Shown in pieces: positions 1-9,948 of a stretch of DNA of 64,000 nt (position 1 is its first letter; every line of letters starts with the position of its first letter). The stretch spans positions 3,552,001 through 3,616,000 of the forward strand of contig CAXXMD010000003.1 in the NCBI GenBank assembly GCA_963675755.2. The letters are read 5' to 3'. The notes under the pieces are model-generated. The model was not told where the DNA came from. It did not search any database and saw only the letters and a list, made by a program, of their open reading frames with translations. The DNA is from a bacterium (GTDB taxonomy: Bacteria > Zhuqueibacterota > Zhuqueibacteria > Residuimicrobiales > Krinioviventaceae). A program made the translations under genes and the position numbers.

Positions 1-1
1 G

Positions 2-433
2 TTGAATTATGCCGTTGAAACACGTTATGGTGTTTTGGTAGATGTTGCAACCAAGGTTTTTAACAATGAGCCGGTTGATGTTACCATGGGATATGCGAAT
101 GTTATATGGCAGGGTGATGCCAATGCAATGATTTTAAGAGCATTGGATCATTGCAAGTCTCCTGCTGCTGTTTTAAATATTACAGGTCCGGAAATTCTAT
201 CGATTCGATGGTTGGCAGAACAGTTTGCAGCTTTGATGAATAAAGATGTTGAAATTGTAGGCAAAGAAGCTGATACCGCATTGTTAAATGACGCTTCAAA
301 AGCTTTTTCTTTATTTGGCTCTCCACATGTAGAGTTAAATACAATAATAGAGTGGACGGCAGACTGGATTATGAATCATAAACCGATGTTAAACAAACCT
401 ACACATTTTGAAACAAGATCCGGAAAATTTTAA
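2..433 (+). CDS. NAD-dependent epimerase/dehydratase family protein, C-terminal part (truncated by window edge)
   Basis: ORF open from the window start; extended-SDR-like C-terminus (NVIWQGDAN, LNITGPE); directly upstream of a DHDPS-family gene. Confidence 0.75.
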   Translation: MNYAVETRYGVLVDVATKVFNNEPVDVTMGYANVIWQGDANAMILRALDHCKSPAAVLNITGPEILSIRWLAEQFAALMNKDVEIVGKEADTALLNDASKAFSLFGSPHVELNTIIEWTADWIMNHKPMLNKPTHFETRSGKF

Positions 434-443
434 GGGATTTAGA

Positions 444-1517
444 ATGAGTTTACCTTTACCACCCCAAGATGTTTTATCATTACTTAAAAAAGGTGTAGTT
501 ATACCTGCCCATCCGCTTGCTCTGGATAAAAATCGTAATATGAATGAAAGACGACAGCGGGCATTAACACGATATTATCTGGATTCGGGAGCGAGGGGAA
601 TGGCGGTTGGCGTACATACAACCCAATTCGAGATCCGTGACCCTGAAATTGGATTATACAAACCCGTGTTGGAACTGGCAAGTGAAGAGATAGATGGATA
701 TTGTGATAAACAAAATCAGCTTGTTGTGAAAATTGCCGGATTGGCCGGGAAAACTGACCAAGCTGTAGGTGAGGCCAAAACTGCTGTAGAATGTGGCTAC
801 CATACCGGACTTTTAAGTTTGGCCGCTTTTAAAAATGCAAACAATGATGAATTGATTGAGCATTGTAAAGCCGTTGCAGAGATTATTCCGTTAACCGGAT
901 TTTATTTACAACCTGCAGTTGGGGGTAGAGTGCTGGATAGTGACTTTTGGCGGGCATTTGCACAGATTGAAAATGTGGTGGCCATAAAAATTGCTCCGTT
1001 TAACCGTTACCAAACACTGGATGTTTTACGTGGTGTTGCGGAATCCGGAAGAGCAAAAGACATTGCTGTATATACGGGTAATGATGATAATATTGTATCG
1101 GATTTATTGACGACTTTAGAATTCCCGGGAGATAATGGGAAAATCAAAATAGATATTGTTGGAGGGTTGTTGGGGCATTGGGCCGTATGGACAAAACGAG
1201 TTGTTGAAATTTTTAATGACGTTCAAACTGTAAAAGCATCGGAAGAGGGGATTCCTGCTTCATTGCTTACACTTGGAGCACAAATCACAGATTGCAATTC
1301 CGCTTTTTTTGATGTGAAAAATAATTTTGCCGGTGTTATAACCGGTATTCATCAGGTATTAAAAAGACAGGGCTTGCTGGAGGGGATTTGGACTTTGAAT
1401 CCCGATGAGGGATTATCTCCGGGGCAGTTGGAAGAGATAGATCGGGTTTACAAAATGTATCCTCATTTGAATGATGATGATTTTGTGAAAGAAAATTTAG
1501 ACAGGTGGTTATTGTAG
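444..1517 (+). CDS. dihydrodipicolinate synthase (class I aldolase) family protein
   Basis: VIPAHPLAL, GVHTTQF, FYLQPAVGG and AIKIAPF (Schiff-base Lys) motifs; ATG at 444 chosen over the overlapping upstream start. Confidence 0.8.
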   Translation: MSLPLPPQDVLSLLKKGVVIPAHPLALDKNRNMNERRQRALTRYYLDSGARGMAVGVHTTQFEIRDPEIGLYKPVLELASEEIDGYCDKQNQLVVKIAGLAGKTDQAVGEAKTAVECGYHTGLLSLAAFKNANNDELIEHCKAVAEIIPLTGFYLQPAVGGRVLDSDFWRAFAQIENVVAIKIAPFNRYQTLDVLRGVAESGRAKDIAVYTGNDDNIVSDLLTTLEFPGDNGKIKIDIVGGLLGHWAVWTKRVVEIFNDVQTVKASEEGIPASLLTLGAQITDCNSAFFDVKNNFAGVITGIHQVLKRQGLLEGIWTLNPDEGLSPGQLEEIDRVYKMYPHLNDDDFVKENLDRWLL

Positions 1518-1532
1518 GCTACTTGAGTTTTT

Positions 1533-1562
1533 ATGCCCTTGCAAAACTGTAAGGGCATTTTT
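1533..1562 (+). terminator. intrinsic terminator
   Basis: ATGCCCTTGCA-AAAC-TGTAAGGGCAT hairpin followed by a T run, just after the stop at 1517. Confidence 0.75.
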
Positions 1563-1674
1563 GTATCATGACTTGATTATTATCGATTATATCCGTCAAA
1601 ATTTTCTTGTTTTGATCTAAACTGAAAAATTGTATATTTGTATATCTTGTGAATACATGATAGTGGAGCTCTTG

Positions 1675-3027
1675 ATGAGATATACAAATCTGTTCTTTAT
1701 GATATTATTTTTATCTTTTTCATTGTTTGCTCAACAATTGGCATTTCCAACTGCTGAAGGGTATGGCCGTTTTGCAAAGGGTGGACGTGGAGGAGATGTT
1801 TACCATGTTACAAATATTAATGATTCTGGCAGCGGTTCGCTGCGTTATGGAATCGAATCTGCAACTGGACCCAGAACGATTGTTTTTGATGTTTCAGGTA
1901 CCATTGAGTTGAAATCTAATCTTTTAATTGATAAACCTTTTATTACCATTGCCGGCCAGACTGCACCAGGTGAAGGAATTACTCTCAAAGACAGAACGCT
2001 TGCAATTGAAAATACACACGATATTATTGTGCGATTTATTCGGATCCGATTTGGAGACAAGAACAAGACTTACGATGATTTAAATGATCCTGATGCAGTC
2101 AGAACCAAAAATATTAATAATGTTATACTTGATCATCTATCTGTTACCTGGGGAATAGATGGCGCGCAGGACCTCTCTGGAGGTAATTTTACATTGCAAT
2201 GGTCAATGTACGGGGAAAGTCTGAATAAAAGTCTGCATCACGATGATCATCCTCATGCCATGCTGGCTTCGTTTCGGCATTTGAATGGAAATATTACCAT
2301 TCATCACAATTTGTTTTTTAGTAGCAGAGACCGGCATCCTACGCTTGGCGGGGGTGTTCGTACTCAACCCGAATGTATTGTGGATTTTCGCAATAATGTG
2401 GTTTTTAATCGCAGAGGGCCAACCAATTTTGGTAATTGTAATGTAAATGTTATTAACAATTATTACAGACCTGGTAAAAGCTTTACCAAAGAATTTGAAC
2501 AGCCGTTTCAAGTTAAAGCCGAGTATGGTAAAACGCATGCTCATGGTTATTTGGATGGTAATTTTATTGAGAATAATAAAACTTTTAGCCAGGATAATTT
2601 TGCAGCTGTCAAGTATGAAAATACCGTATCTCAATATCAAAGCACTGACAGGGAATCGTTTCAGCTTGATGCTGAATTGGTAGTTGGTTCTGACAAGCCG
2701 GAAACGCAATCGGCTATTCAGGCTTATGATCTTTTATTAAAGTATGCCGGTGCGTCAATATCCAGAGATGCTGTTGATAAACGAATAGTGGAAGGAATTA
2801 AAGACCGTTCAAATCAGTTAATTGATTCTCAGGATCAAGTTGGTGGGTGGCCTGTTCTGAAAACAGCCATTCCCCCAAAAGATACAGATCAGGATGGAAT
2901 GCCGGATGAATGGGAAGCTGCAAACGGATTGAATATTCATGATTCTGCTGACCGAAATGGCGATTCTGATAATGATGGTTATACCAATCTTGAAACCTAT
3001 TTAAATTCTTATGTTGTTCGAAAATAA
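1675..3027 (+). CDS. secreted pectate lyase-like protein (PL1-type beta-helix)
   Basis: Signal peptide; AFPTAEGYGRFAKGGRGG..YHVTN, GPRTIVFDVSGTI, TIAGQTAPG, DRHP motifs; C-terminal DTDQDGMPDEWE..DGYTNLE Ca-binding repeat. Confidence 0.85.
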   Translation: MRYTNLFFMILFLSFSLFAQQLAFPTAEGYGRFAKGGRGGDVYHVTNINDSGSGSLRYGIESATGPRTIVFDVSGTIELKSNLLIDKPFITIAGQTAPGEGITLKDRTLAIENTHDIIVRFIRIRFGDKNKTYDDLNDPDAVRTKNINNVILDHLSVTWGIDGAQDLSGGNFTLQWSMYGESLNKSLHHDDHPHAMLASFRHLNGNITIHHNLFFSSRDRHPTLGGGVRTQPECIVDFRNNVVFNRRGPTNFGNCNVNVINNYYRPGKSFTKEFEQPFQVKAEYGKTHAHGYLDGNFIENNKTFSQDNFAAVKYENTVSQYQSTDRESFQLDAELVVGSDKPETQSAIQAYDLLLKYAGASISRDAVDKRIVEGIKDRSNQLIDSQDQVGGWPVLKTAIPPKDTDQDGMPDEWEAANGLNIHDSADRNGDSDNDGYTNLETYLNSYVVRK

Positions 3028-3084
3028 TAATGATTATATAAAAAACATTCCATAACATTTACAAAAACAGGAAAGGGAATCGGA

Positions 3085-4095
3085 ATGAAATTAACCTCCA
3101 TGTTGGTGAGTGCCGTAATTTGTGTAACCATGATGTCCAATGCTTTTGCAAAGGATATTCAATTAAAATTCAATGATAATGGCAAGTTTAAAATTGCCCA
3201 GTTTACAGATACTCATGTGCATTTTGATAAAAATGATTCCAAACATGTGTTCGAATTGATGAGAACGGTCATTGATGCAGAAAAACCGGATTTGATTGTT
3301 TTTACCGGAGATGTAGTATTACAGCATGATCAAAAACAGGCTTATGATATTTTTGAAGAGATTTGTAATGAAAAAGATGTATTATGGGCAGTTGTTTTAG
3401 GTAATCACGATGAGGAGCATAAAGTTTCCAGAAAAGATATCGGTTTATTATTGAGCGAGTATCCGCATTGTGTTACCAATGTATCTTATGGGATTAAAGG
3501 TGCAACCAATTATGTTTACCCGGTGTATGGCAAAGATGATGCAGCGGAAGCGGTATTGTATTTTCTTGATTCCAATTCCTACAGTGCCATAAAAGACAGG
3601 GTTGATGGTTATGGATGGTTTGGGATTTCACAGATCCAATGGTACAAGGAAAAAAGTGCAGAATTTACCAAAGCAAACGATGGCAAACCTTTACCGGCAT
3701 TGGCTTTTTTCCATATTCCATTACCAGAGTACAATATTGTGTGGGATGATCCCGATATTAAAACCATTGGTGTAAAAAATGAATCGGTTTGCTGTCCTAA
3801 AATCAATTCCGGTATGTTTGCAGCCATGGTAGAGTGTGGTGATGTTATGGGTACATTTGTTGGGCACGATCATGTGAATGATTATATTGGTGGGTTGTTT
3901 GGTATTGCACTGGCTTATGGTCGCGCGTCCGGTGGGAAAAATACCTATGGAAATTTAAAATCCGGATCACGTATTATTGAACTCACAGCCGGAAAAAGAG
4001 AGTTTGATACCTGGATACGTGAACTGGATGGTAATGTGGAAATGAAATGTAATTTCCCGAAAGACTTTCCGGTGAAAAAGAAGGAAAAAAAGTAA
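3085..4095 (+). CDS. secreted calcineurin-like metallophosphoesterase (Dcr2/PAP-like)
   Basis: DTH, TGD, GNHD, FFHIPL and GHDHVND motifs; signal peptide. Confidence 0.85.
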   Translation: MKLTSMLVSAVICVTMMSNAFAKDIQLKFNDNGKFKIAQFTDTHVHFDKNDSKHVFELMRTVIDAEKPDLIVFTGDVVLQHDQKQAYDIFEEICNEKDVLWAVVLGNHDEEHKVSRKDIGLLLSEYPHCVTNVSYGIKGATNYVYPVYGKDDAAEAVLYFLDSNSYSAIKDRVDGYGWFGISQIQWYKEKSAEFTKANDGKPLPALAFFHIPLPEYNIVWDDPDIKTIGVKNESVCCPKINSGMFAAMVECGDVMGTFVGHDHVNDYIGGLFGIALAYGRASGGKNTYGNLKSGSRIIELTAGKREFDTWIRELDGNVEMKCNFPKDFPVKKKEKK

Positions 4096-4119
4096 GGTCC
4101 TAATTTGAAAGGTCCCAAA

Positions 4120-5316
4120 ATGAAAAGAATCAAGCTTTTACTGGTTTTATTTACCGCGTTATTGATCTTGATCGGTTGTTCTCAGCAAAAGGAATCCGCA
4201 CAATGGTATAGGGGGAATTTGCATACCCATTCATACTGGAGTGATGGAGATACTTTTCCGGAAATGGTTATGGATTGGTACAAGTCTCACGGATACGAGT
4301 TTGTTGCACTTTCTGATCATAATATTCTGGCTGAAGGTGAGAAATGGAAGACTATTCAAGATGAAGAAATTTACCAACAGGCTTTTAAAAACTATTTGCT
4401 GAAATATGGAAAAGAGTGGGTTGTTTACAAAAACGAGGATGGCAAAATTTCTGTAAAGTTAAAGACACTACAGGAATATGCTCCTTTGTTTGAAGAGCCC
4501 GGTAAATTTCTCATTCTAAAATCCGAGGAAATTACAGATAAAGTAGGAAAAAAGGATGTGCATTTGAACGCACATAATCTGCAAACCTTGATCGAACCCC
4601 AGGGCGGTGAAACTATAGTTGAAGCGTTGCAGCAAAATATTGATGCTGTCATTCAACAGCGTAAAGAAACCGGACAGCCCATGCTTGTTCATATTAATCA
4701 TCCCAATTTTAGATATTCAGTCACCGCTGATGATATGATCAAATTACATGGTGAACGGTTTTTTGAAGTCTTTAACGGCCACCCCTGGGTAAGAAATGCG
4801 GGTGATTCTTTACATATGAGCACAGAAGAAATGTGGGACCTGGTAAATATTGCCTATGCAAATAGAAACCAGCCATTGATGTTTGGTGTTGCTACAGATG
4901 ATGCACATGAATACCACGAGTTTGGAAAAATGATGAGTAATGCAGGACGTGGATGGGTACAGATTCGCGCATCGTCACTCGATGCGGAATCATTGATTGC
5001 AGCAATGGAAAAAGGTGACTTTTATGCCTCAACCGGTGTAACTTTGAATGATGTTTCTTTTGAAAAAAACACCATAACCATTGATGTACAAGCTGAACCG
5101 GATGTGAATTATAATATTGCATTTATCGGCTGTAAAGTGGGGGACGATGCTACTACAGTTCTTGAAACCGTCAAAGGGACCCATGCAGCGTTTCAGGTAA
5201 CTGAGGATTTGCAATTTGTAAGGGCCAAAGTGATTTCTGATAAACTGCATGATAATCCACCACCGGGCCCCGATTATCAAGTAGCCTGGACTCAACCGGT
5301 TGTATACCAAAAATAG
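4120..5316 (+). CDS. PHP-domain metallohydrolase lipoprotein
   Basis: GNLHTHS..SDG, LSDHN, NHP and DDAH motifs; lipobox LIGC. Confidence 0.8.
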   Translation: MKRIKLLLVLFTALLILIGCSQQKESAQWYRGNLHTHSYWSDGDTFPEMVMDWYKSHGYEFVALSDHNILAEGEKWKTIQDEEIYQQAFKNYLLKYGKEWVVYKNEDGKISVKLKTLQEYAPLFEEPGKFLILKSEEITDKVGKKDVHLNAHNLQTLIEPQGGETIVEALQQNIDAVIQQRKETGQPMLVHINHPNFRYSVTADDMIKLHGERFFEVFNGHPWVRNAGDSLHMSTEEMWDLVNIAYANRNQPLMFGVATDDAHEYHEFGKMMSNAGRGWVQIRASSLDAESLIAAMEKGDFYASTGVTLNDVSFEKNTITIDVQAEPDVNYNIAFIGCKVGDDATTVLETVKGTHAAFQVTEDLQFVRAKVISDKLHDNPPPGPDYQVAWTQPVVYQK

Positions 5317-5338
5317 CTGATTGTTGATTTTGTAAAAC

Positions 5339-5381
5339 AAAAAAACTCGTTATCCTGTATTATTGGGTAACGAGTTTTTTT
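5339..5381. terminator. bidirectional intrinsic terminator
   Basis: AAAAAAACTCGTTATCC...GGGTAACGAGTTTTTTT between convergent genes. Confidence 0.8.
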
Positions 5382-5400
5382 ATGTTCAAACTAACAGCGT

Positions 5401-7359
5401 TTATTTCTTGAAAAAAGGATTTGGTAAAAAGTAAAAGAATCCGTCTTCTGCGCCAATGAGAAGATCATTAGCACCTTTTTTATCCCAGTTTACAATTGTG
5501 GGGCTTGTAGAGTGACCTGCCAGTCGTATATCTAAAACCAGGCCTTTATTTGAAAAATAAGTAAAGCCATTTTCGGTTTTTACATATTTCCAAAAGTCGA
5601 TTGTTTTGCTGTTGGCCATTAGATCCAGCTTGCCATCATGGTCCCAATCGGTAAAACAGAGTTTCCGTCTTCCGCTGCCACCGGCATCTTTGATATTTAA
5701 TCTGAGTAATTCATCAGTATCCGCGTCTTTGAAAATACGTTCACCCGGTAAAAGTTGTGGCTGACCGTCTTTGCTGATACGTTTGAAAAATGCGAGATAG
5801 CCTTCATGATCAAGCATAACCAGATCGTTCAGTCCGTCCTTGTCCCAGTCAATTACAACCGGGGTTGTACGCCATTGTGTTGACAGGTCGTCAGGGGCCG
5901 GTTTCCACCAGTTCCATGCCGGTTTGGGAGGCGTACCCTGCCAGTCTACAGTAATCGGCTGTTGTTCTGCCAGTTTGGGATTTTCTTTAGTACCTATATT
6001 TTTGAACCAAACCACTTTGCCCCAGATGGAATTTACAAGAATATCGAGCAGACCGTCATGGTCCCAGTCAGCAACATTCAGGGTTGTGTAACCCCACTTT
6101 GCTTCACAAGGGCCTTGAATGGAACCATTGTATCCTGCCTGAATACGGATGATCTTGCCATTTGCCTGCAAGTAAACAGGTTTGGCCCATTTGGGAGATG
6201 CTGCTCCATCCAGGTTTTCAATAAAACCGATATAGCCCGCGGTATTGCCGCAAATCAGATCCTCGTCGCCGTCATTGTCCCAATCGCAGCTAAAGGGGGT
6301 TACCAGTGCGCCAAATTTAACATCCTTTGCCTGTTGTTGGAAATAGCGTGGCGGCATGAATTTGGGCATGGAATTGTTGATTACACCCGAATTTTCAATA
6401 AATGCCACACGGCCATCTTCGTCACCTGCAATAATATCCACATCTCCATCTTTGTCCCAGTCAATAGCAACCGGAACGATCATCTGCAGATCCATGGTAA
6501 TGGGTGAAAAGCTATGTGTCAATAAGCGCCCATTAGCATACTCGGGTTTGGATCGGCTGCCAATATTTTCAAAATAGGTGAATTTGTCTAAAAATTCACC
6601 GCACATGATATCCAGATCACCATCGTTATCATAGTCTGCGAGATTGGGTGATGGCATGCCATATACATCAATGGGTTTGCCCGCAGCATTGATCTTGACA
6701 GGTTCAGCGTATTTGGGGGACTTTGTTGTTCCGGTATTACGAACGAGGTATACATATCCGTGCAATGGACCGCGGGTCCATTCGCCTTTGCTGTTAAAAG
6801 CATTGTCCCATCCGTAATCACCCCAATAGCCAATTCCAACAATCAGATCAAGTTTGCCGTCTGCATCATAATCGCAGTATTTCCATTGGTTTGCACGTAT
6901 CCGGCCTTCCAGTTTGAAAACATCAGGATCTTTGAATATTTCTTTTTCTTTTGTAAAACCGGATTCTTTAAAATTGATCAATTCAACGCCCGGCTGTAAG
7001 ATACGGGGTTTGCCATCAATATAAGAGATTTGTGCGTTTTTAACTCCGGGAGCGATTTTAACTGACGGTTTGAATACAGGCATGGGAACATTACCCTCTG
7101 TGTTTTCAAACAGAAATACGCCATCCTGGGGCTTGTCTGTGCATGAAACGACCATGTCAAGATCACCGTCGTTGTCATAATCCATGGGCAAGGGCCATGC
7201 CCATAATCCCACTCCCAGATCAACGGTTAATCCGGGATTGTTATAGGGGATGCATTTGAGTTCCGTTTCAGCCGCAAAAATCATATTGGTGAAAAGCAGG
7301 ACACCTAAAAGAGATAGTAATAAAAGCGTCGGGTATTTGGGTTTCCTGAAGTTAAACAT
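5401..7359 (-). CDS. secreted FG-GAP/VCBS-repeat beta-propeller protein
   Basis: Multiple D[WY]DxDGDxD repeats; signal peptide. Confidence 0.85.
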   Translation of the reverse strand: MFNFRKPKYPTLLLLSLLGVLLFTNMIFAAETELKCIPYNNPGLTVDLGVGLWAWPLPMDYDNDGDLDMVVSCTDKPQDGVFLFENTEGNVPMPVFKPSVKIAPGVKNAQISYIDGKPRILQPGVELINFKESGFTKEKEIFKDPDVFKLEGRIRANQWKYCDYDADGKLDLIVGIGYWGDYGWDNAFNSKGEWTRGPLHGYVYLVRNTGTTKSPKYAEPVKINAAGKPIDVYGMPSPNLADYDNDGDLDIMCGEFLDKFTYFENIGSRSKPEYANGRLLTHSFSPITMDLQMIVPVAIDWDKDGDVDIIAGDEDGRVAFIENSGVINNSMPKFMPPRYFQQQAKDVKFGALVTPFSCDWDNDGDEDLICGNTAGYIGFIENLDGAASPKWAKPVYLQANGKIIRIQAGYNGSIQGPCEAKWGYTTLNVADWDHDGLLDILVNSIWGKVVWFKNIGTKENPKLAEQQPITVDWQGTPPKPAWNWWKPAPDDLSTQWRTTPVVIDWDKDGLNDLVMLDHEGYLAFFKRISKDGQPQLLPGERIFKDADTDELLRLNIKDAGGSGRRKLCFTDWDHDGKLDLMANSKTIDFWKYVKTENGFTYFSNKGLVLDIRLAGHSTSPTIVNWDKKGANDLLIGAEDGFFYFLPNPFFKK

Positions 7360-7440
7360 TCTTCCTCCGGTTCGTATACTGTAAAGAGTTGGTTGAGTTA
7401 AAATTGATGTGAGCAGGATATTACCTGCCCAATATTAAAA

Positions 7441-9765
7441 TTATTTTAAAAGCTTGATTTCCGGTCTTGCAGGACCCGAGTAAGGTTCGGCACCCTGATT
7501 TTTTTCTTTAGGTTCCGGTGCAGTTGTCAGATTTTTATCTGTAACTGTTGGCGCTGTGATAAATCCATGATATCTGCCCATCCAGTAATCGCGTAAAAAT
7601 CCGGTTGGTTCTTTGATACGGTAACCACCGCCACCATCATAGTTTAATGCATTACGACTGCCGCCCTTTACAGATGCTTCACGGGGAGATATGGCCCGGG
7701 TTCCACCTGCTAACGGTACATAGCCCTCTTCGGGTTGCAAATCATCACGATGTGAATTTGTATAACGGTATGTATGGCAATCCAGGACCCATTCTCTCAA
7801 ATGCTTGACCGATTCATCTACTTCACAGTCATTTCCAGTGATTGCACCATACGTAAAGTTGTACCAGGGAATATGTTCCAGGCGTTTCAGTTCATAAGTA
7901 CGCTCCAGACTGCGCAGATAGATTGAGAGCAGATTGGGATCATCTACATAGCGAAAAAGAGTGTAATAACACCGGTTGGCAAGGTTGTCATCCCATGGTG
8001 CAATATCTTCTGGGGGATATGTGATTTTTTGTCTTACCGTGTAATTTTGGTAACCCCATTTCATTAGTTGGTCAAAACCTTTTTGATATTTTTTATCACC
8101 ACTGACTGCGAATGCTGTTTTCATATAGGTTTGTGCCTGCATGCCGTTTAATCCTCTGGCAACATATCCATAGGGGCGCAGCAGGTAATCAGGGTCCCAA
8201 CGACCCCAGCGTGTGGGTTTACCATCCATGTCTCTTAAAACCCAGCCATTTTCTAAAATGTGGGTGGCGATATTGGACAGGTGTTGTGCTGCCAATTCTT
8301 TTTCTTCACCTTTTGCTACCAGATCATGAAACAGGGAAACTGAGTAGATATGCGCATCTACTTCGTCGCTCGATGTGTCGCCCTTCCAGTACCATTTCCC
8401 ATCATCTGTGGGATACCATTTTGCCGGAAGTCCTCCCGAGCCTTCGGTAGCCATATTGTCCTTGTCACCTGTGGGGGACCAGATTGCACGTGCAATGAAT
8501 CCTTTTTTAGGAGTGATCTGATCCAGCCAGACCATGGCTTTAAAAGCGTCAACTGCATTTTTACGAGCGGTTTCGTCACCAGTTACCGCATATTTATAAC
8601 ACATGGCTGCAAGATAAGGAGCTGTATGACCACCGTCATTGTCGCTGATCTCTCTAACCCAGCCCTTGTTATCTCCACCCCAGTAAAGAAGGTGTAAAAA
8701 TCCCATGCGTCTGTGGCCGTAATTGTCGATGAGTTTTTCATAATAGTCTGCTTTTTTGGCTAGTGTATAAGGCTCATACGAGATAATGCCCAAGCCCTTG
8801 TCCGTTGCAATAACAACTTTATTTGCTCCAACAGCAATATCATGTACATTATTACCGGGCAGCCAGAGTTGAGGGCCAAAATAGTGCCAGTCATCTTTAA
8901 GCATGCGGACAGCACCGGTAGTTGTGCCTATCCACAGATCCTGATCAAATCCCTGGGCCAGACATGTTGTGTTTTCGCTTGGCAATCCATCTGTGCCTTG
9001 CAGAGTTGTCATTGAGGCGCCGCGCAGCACAGCCAGACCACGGTCTGTAGATATAAACAATCGGCTTCCCATGGCCATTAAATCGTTGGTGTTACTGGAA
9101 GGAAGCATGCCCCAGTCAAAAGCTGTATCATTCACAATACGGCCGTCAAATAGTACGAGCTTTCCGGGACGAAGAATATAAAGTGTACCACTGTAGGACT
9201 GGATCCTGTGAATAGGGCCGAGGTGAACCGGATGAGATAATACCTGAGATCCGTCTTCCATAACAACAGTTATATCGCTTGATAAATAACCGTCTTTGGG
9301 TTCAATGTCAACGAATTCATTGTTTTCAAGCTTGTAAATATCATTGCGGGTAGCAGCATGGACCAGACCGTTATGCATACACATATCAACAACCGGTTCA
9401 TCAATCAAACTCTTCCAGGATTTATCCAGTCTGAACAGGCCCTTGTCGGTCAATGCCCACAGTTTGTTACCCATGACTTCCAGGCGAGATACATTTTGGG
9501 GTGAAATATCCATAGGGACGAATTCGTCATTCAGTACGGTATGTATTTTTGAATCAATAACCGTAAAGATTTTATCGTTAAACAATGCAACCGATTCTAT
9601 TGGTTTATCACTCTTGATTTTATGGGAAACTTCTTGAAGATAAACATCATCTTTTGCCGGTTGCCACAATTGATGAGAAGGGTGAAATAATCCGTCTGCA
9701 AGTAATCCTGAAAAGGAAGAGAGAATTAGTATGGTCAGGAGTATTGGTTTAAGATTTCTGGTCAT
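7441..9765 (-). CDS. secreted hypothetical protein (propeller-like N-terminus plus helical, possibly catalytic, C-terminal domain)
   Basis: Signal peptide; 'LWIGTTTG', 'DGLPSENTTCL' and 'VVIATDKGL' Reg_prop-like repeats; acidic/aromatic C-terminal region (SDNDG, GDTSSDE, RWGRW). Confidence 0.6.
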   Translation of the reverse strand: MTRNLKPILLTILILSSFSGLLADGLFHPSHQLWQPAKDDVYLQEVSHKIKSDKPIESVALFNDKIFTVIDSKIHTVLNDEFVPMDISPQNVSRLEVMGNKLWALTDKGLFRLDKSWKSLIDEPVVDMCMHNGLVHAATRNDIYKLENNEFVDIEPKDGYLSSDITVVMEDGSQVLSHPVHLGPIHRIQSYSGTLYILRPGKLVLFDGRIVNDTAFDWGMLPSSNTNDLMAMGSRLFISTDRGLAVLRGASMTTLQGTDGLPSENTTCLAQGFDQDLWIGTTTGAVRMLKDDWHYFGPQLWLPGNNVHDIAVGANKVVIATDKGLGIISYEPYTLAKKADYYEKLIDNYGHRRMGFLHLLYWGGDNKGWVREISDNDGGHTAPYLAAMCYKYAVTGDETARKNAVDAFKAMVWLDQITPKKGFIARAIWSPTGDKDNMATEGSGGLPAKWYPTDDGKWYWKGDTSSDEVDAHIYSVSLFHDLVAKGEEKELAAQHLSNIATHILENGWVLRDMDGKPTRWGRWDPDYLLRPYGYVARGLNGMQAQTYMKTAFAVSGDKKYQKGFDQLMKWGYQNYTVRQKITYPPEDIAPWDDNLANRCYYTLFRYVDDPNLLSIYLRSLERTYELKRLEHIPWYNFTYGAITGNDCEVDESVKHLREWVLDCHTYRYTNSHRDDLQPEEGYVPLAGGTRAISPREASVKGGSRNALNYDGGGGYRIKEPTGFLRDYWMGRYHGFITAPTVTDKNLTTAPEPKEKNQGAEPYSGPARPEIKLLK

Positions 9766-9948
9766 AAAATTTCTCCTTATTTTTATTGATTTTCCCTGAA
9801 AAGAGTGTATATTAAATTAAAATATGTATCTTTGAATAACAGCATTTTATTGGTGAAATAAAAGTAAAATTTTGTTATTTATAAACCGAATGCTGTATAA
9901 CTGATCTGGTAAAACCATTCCGAAATGCGGGTAGGAGAAGCGATAAAA

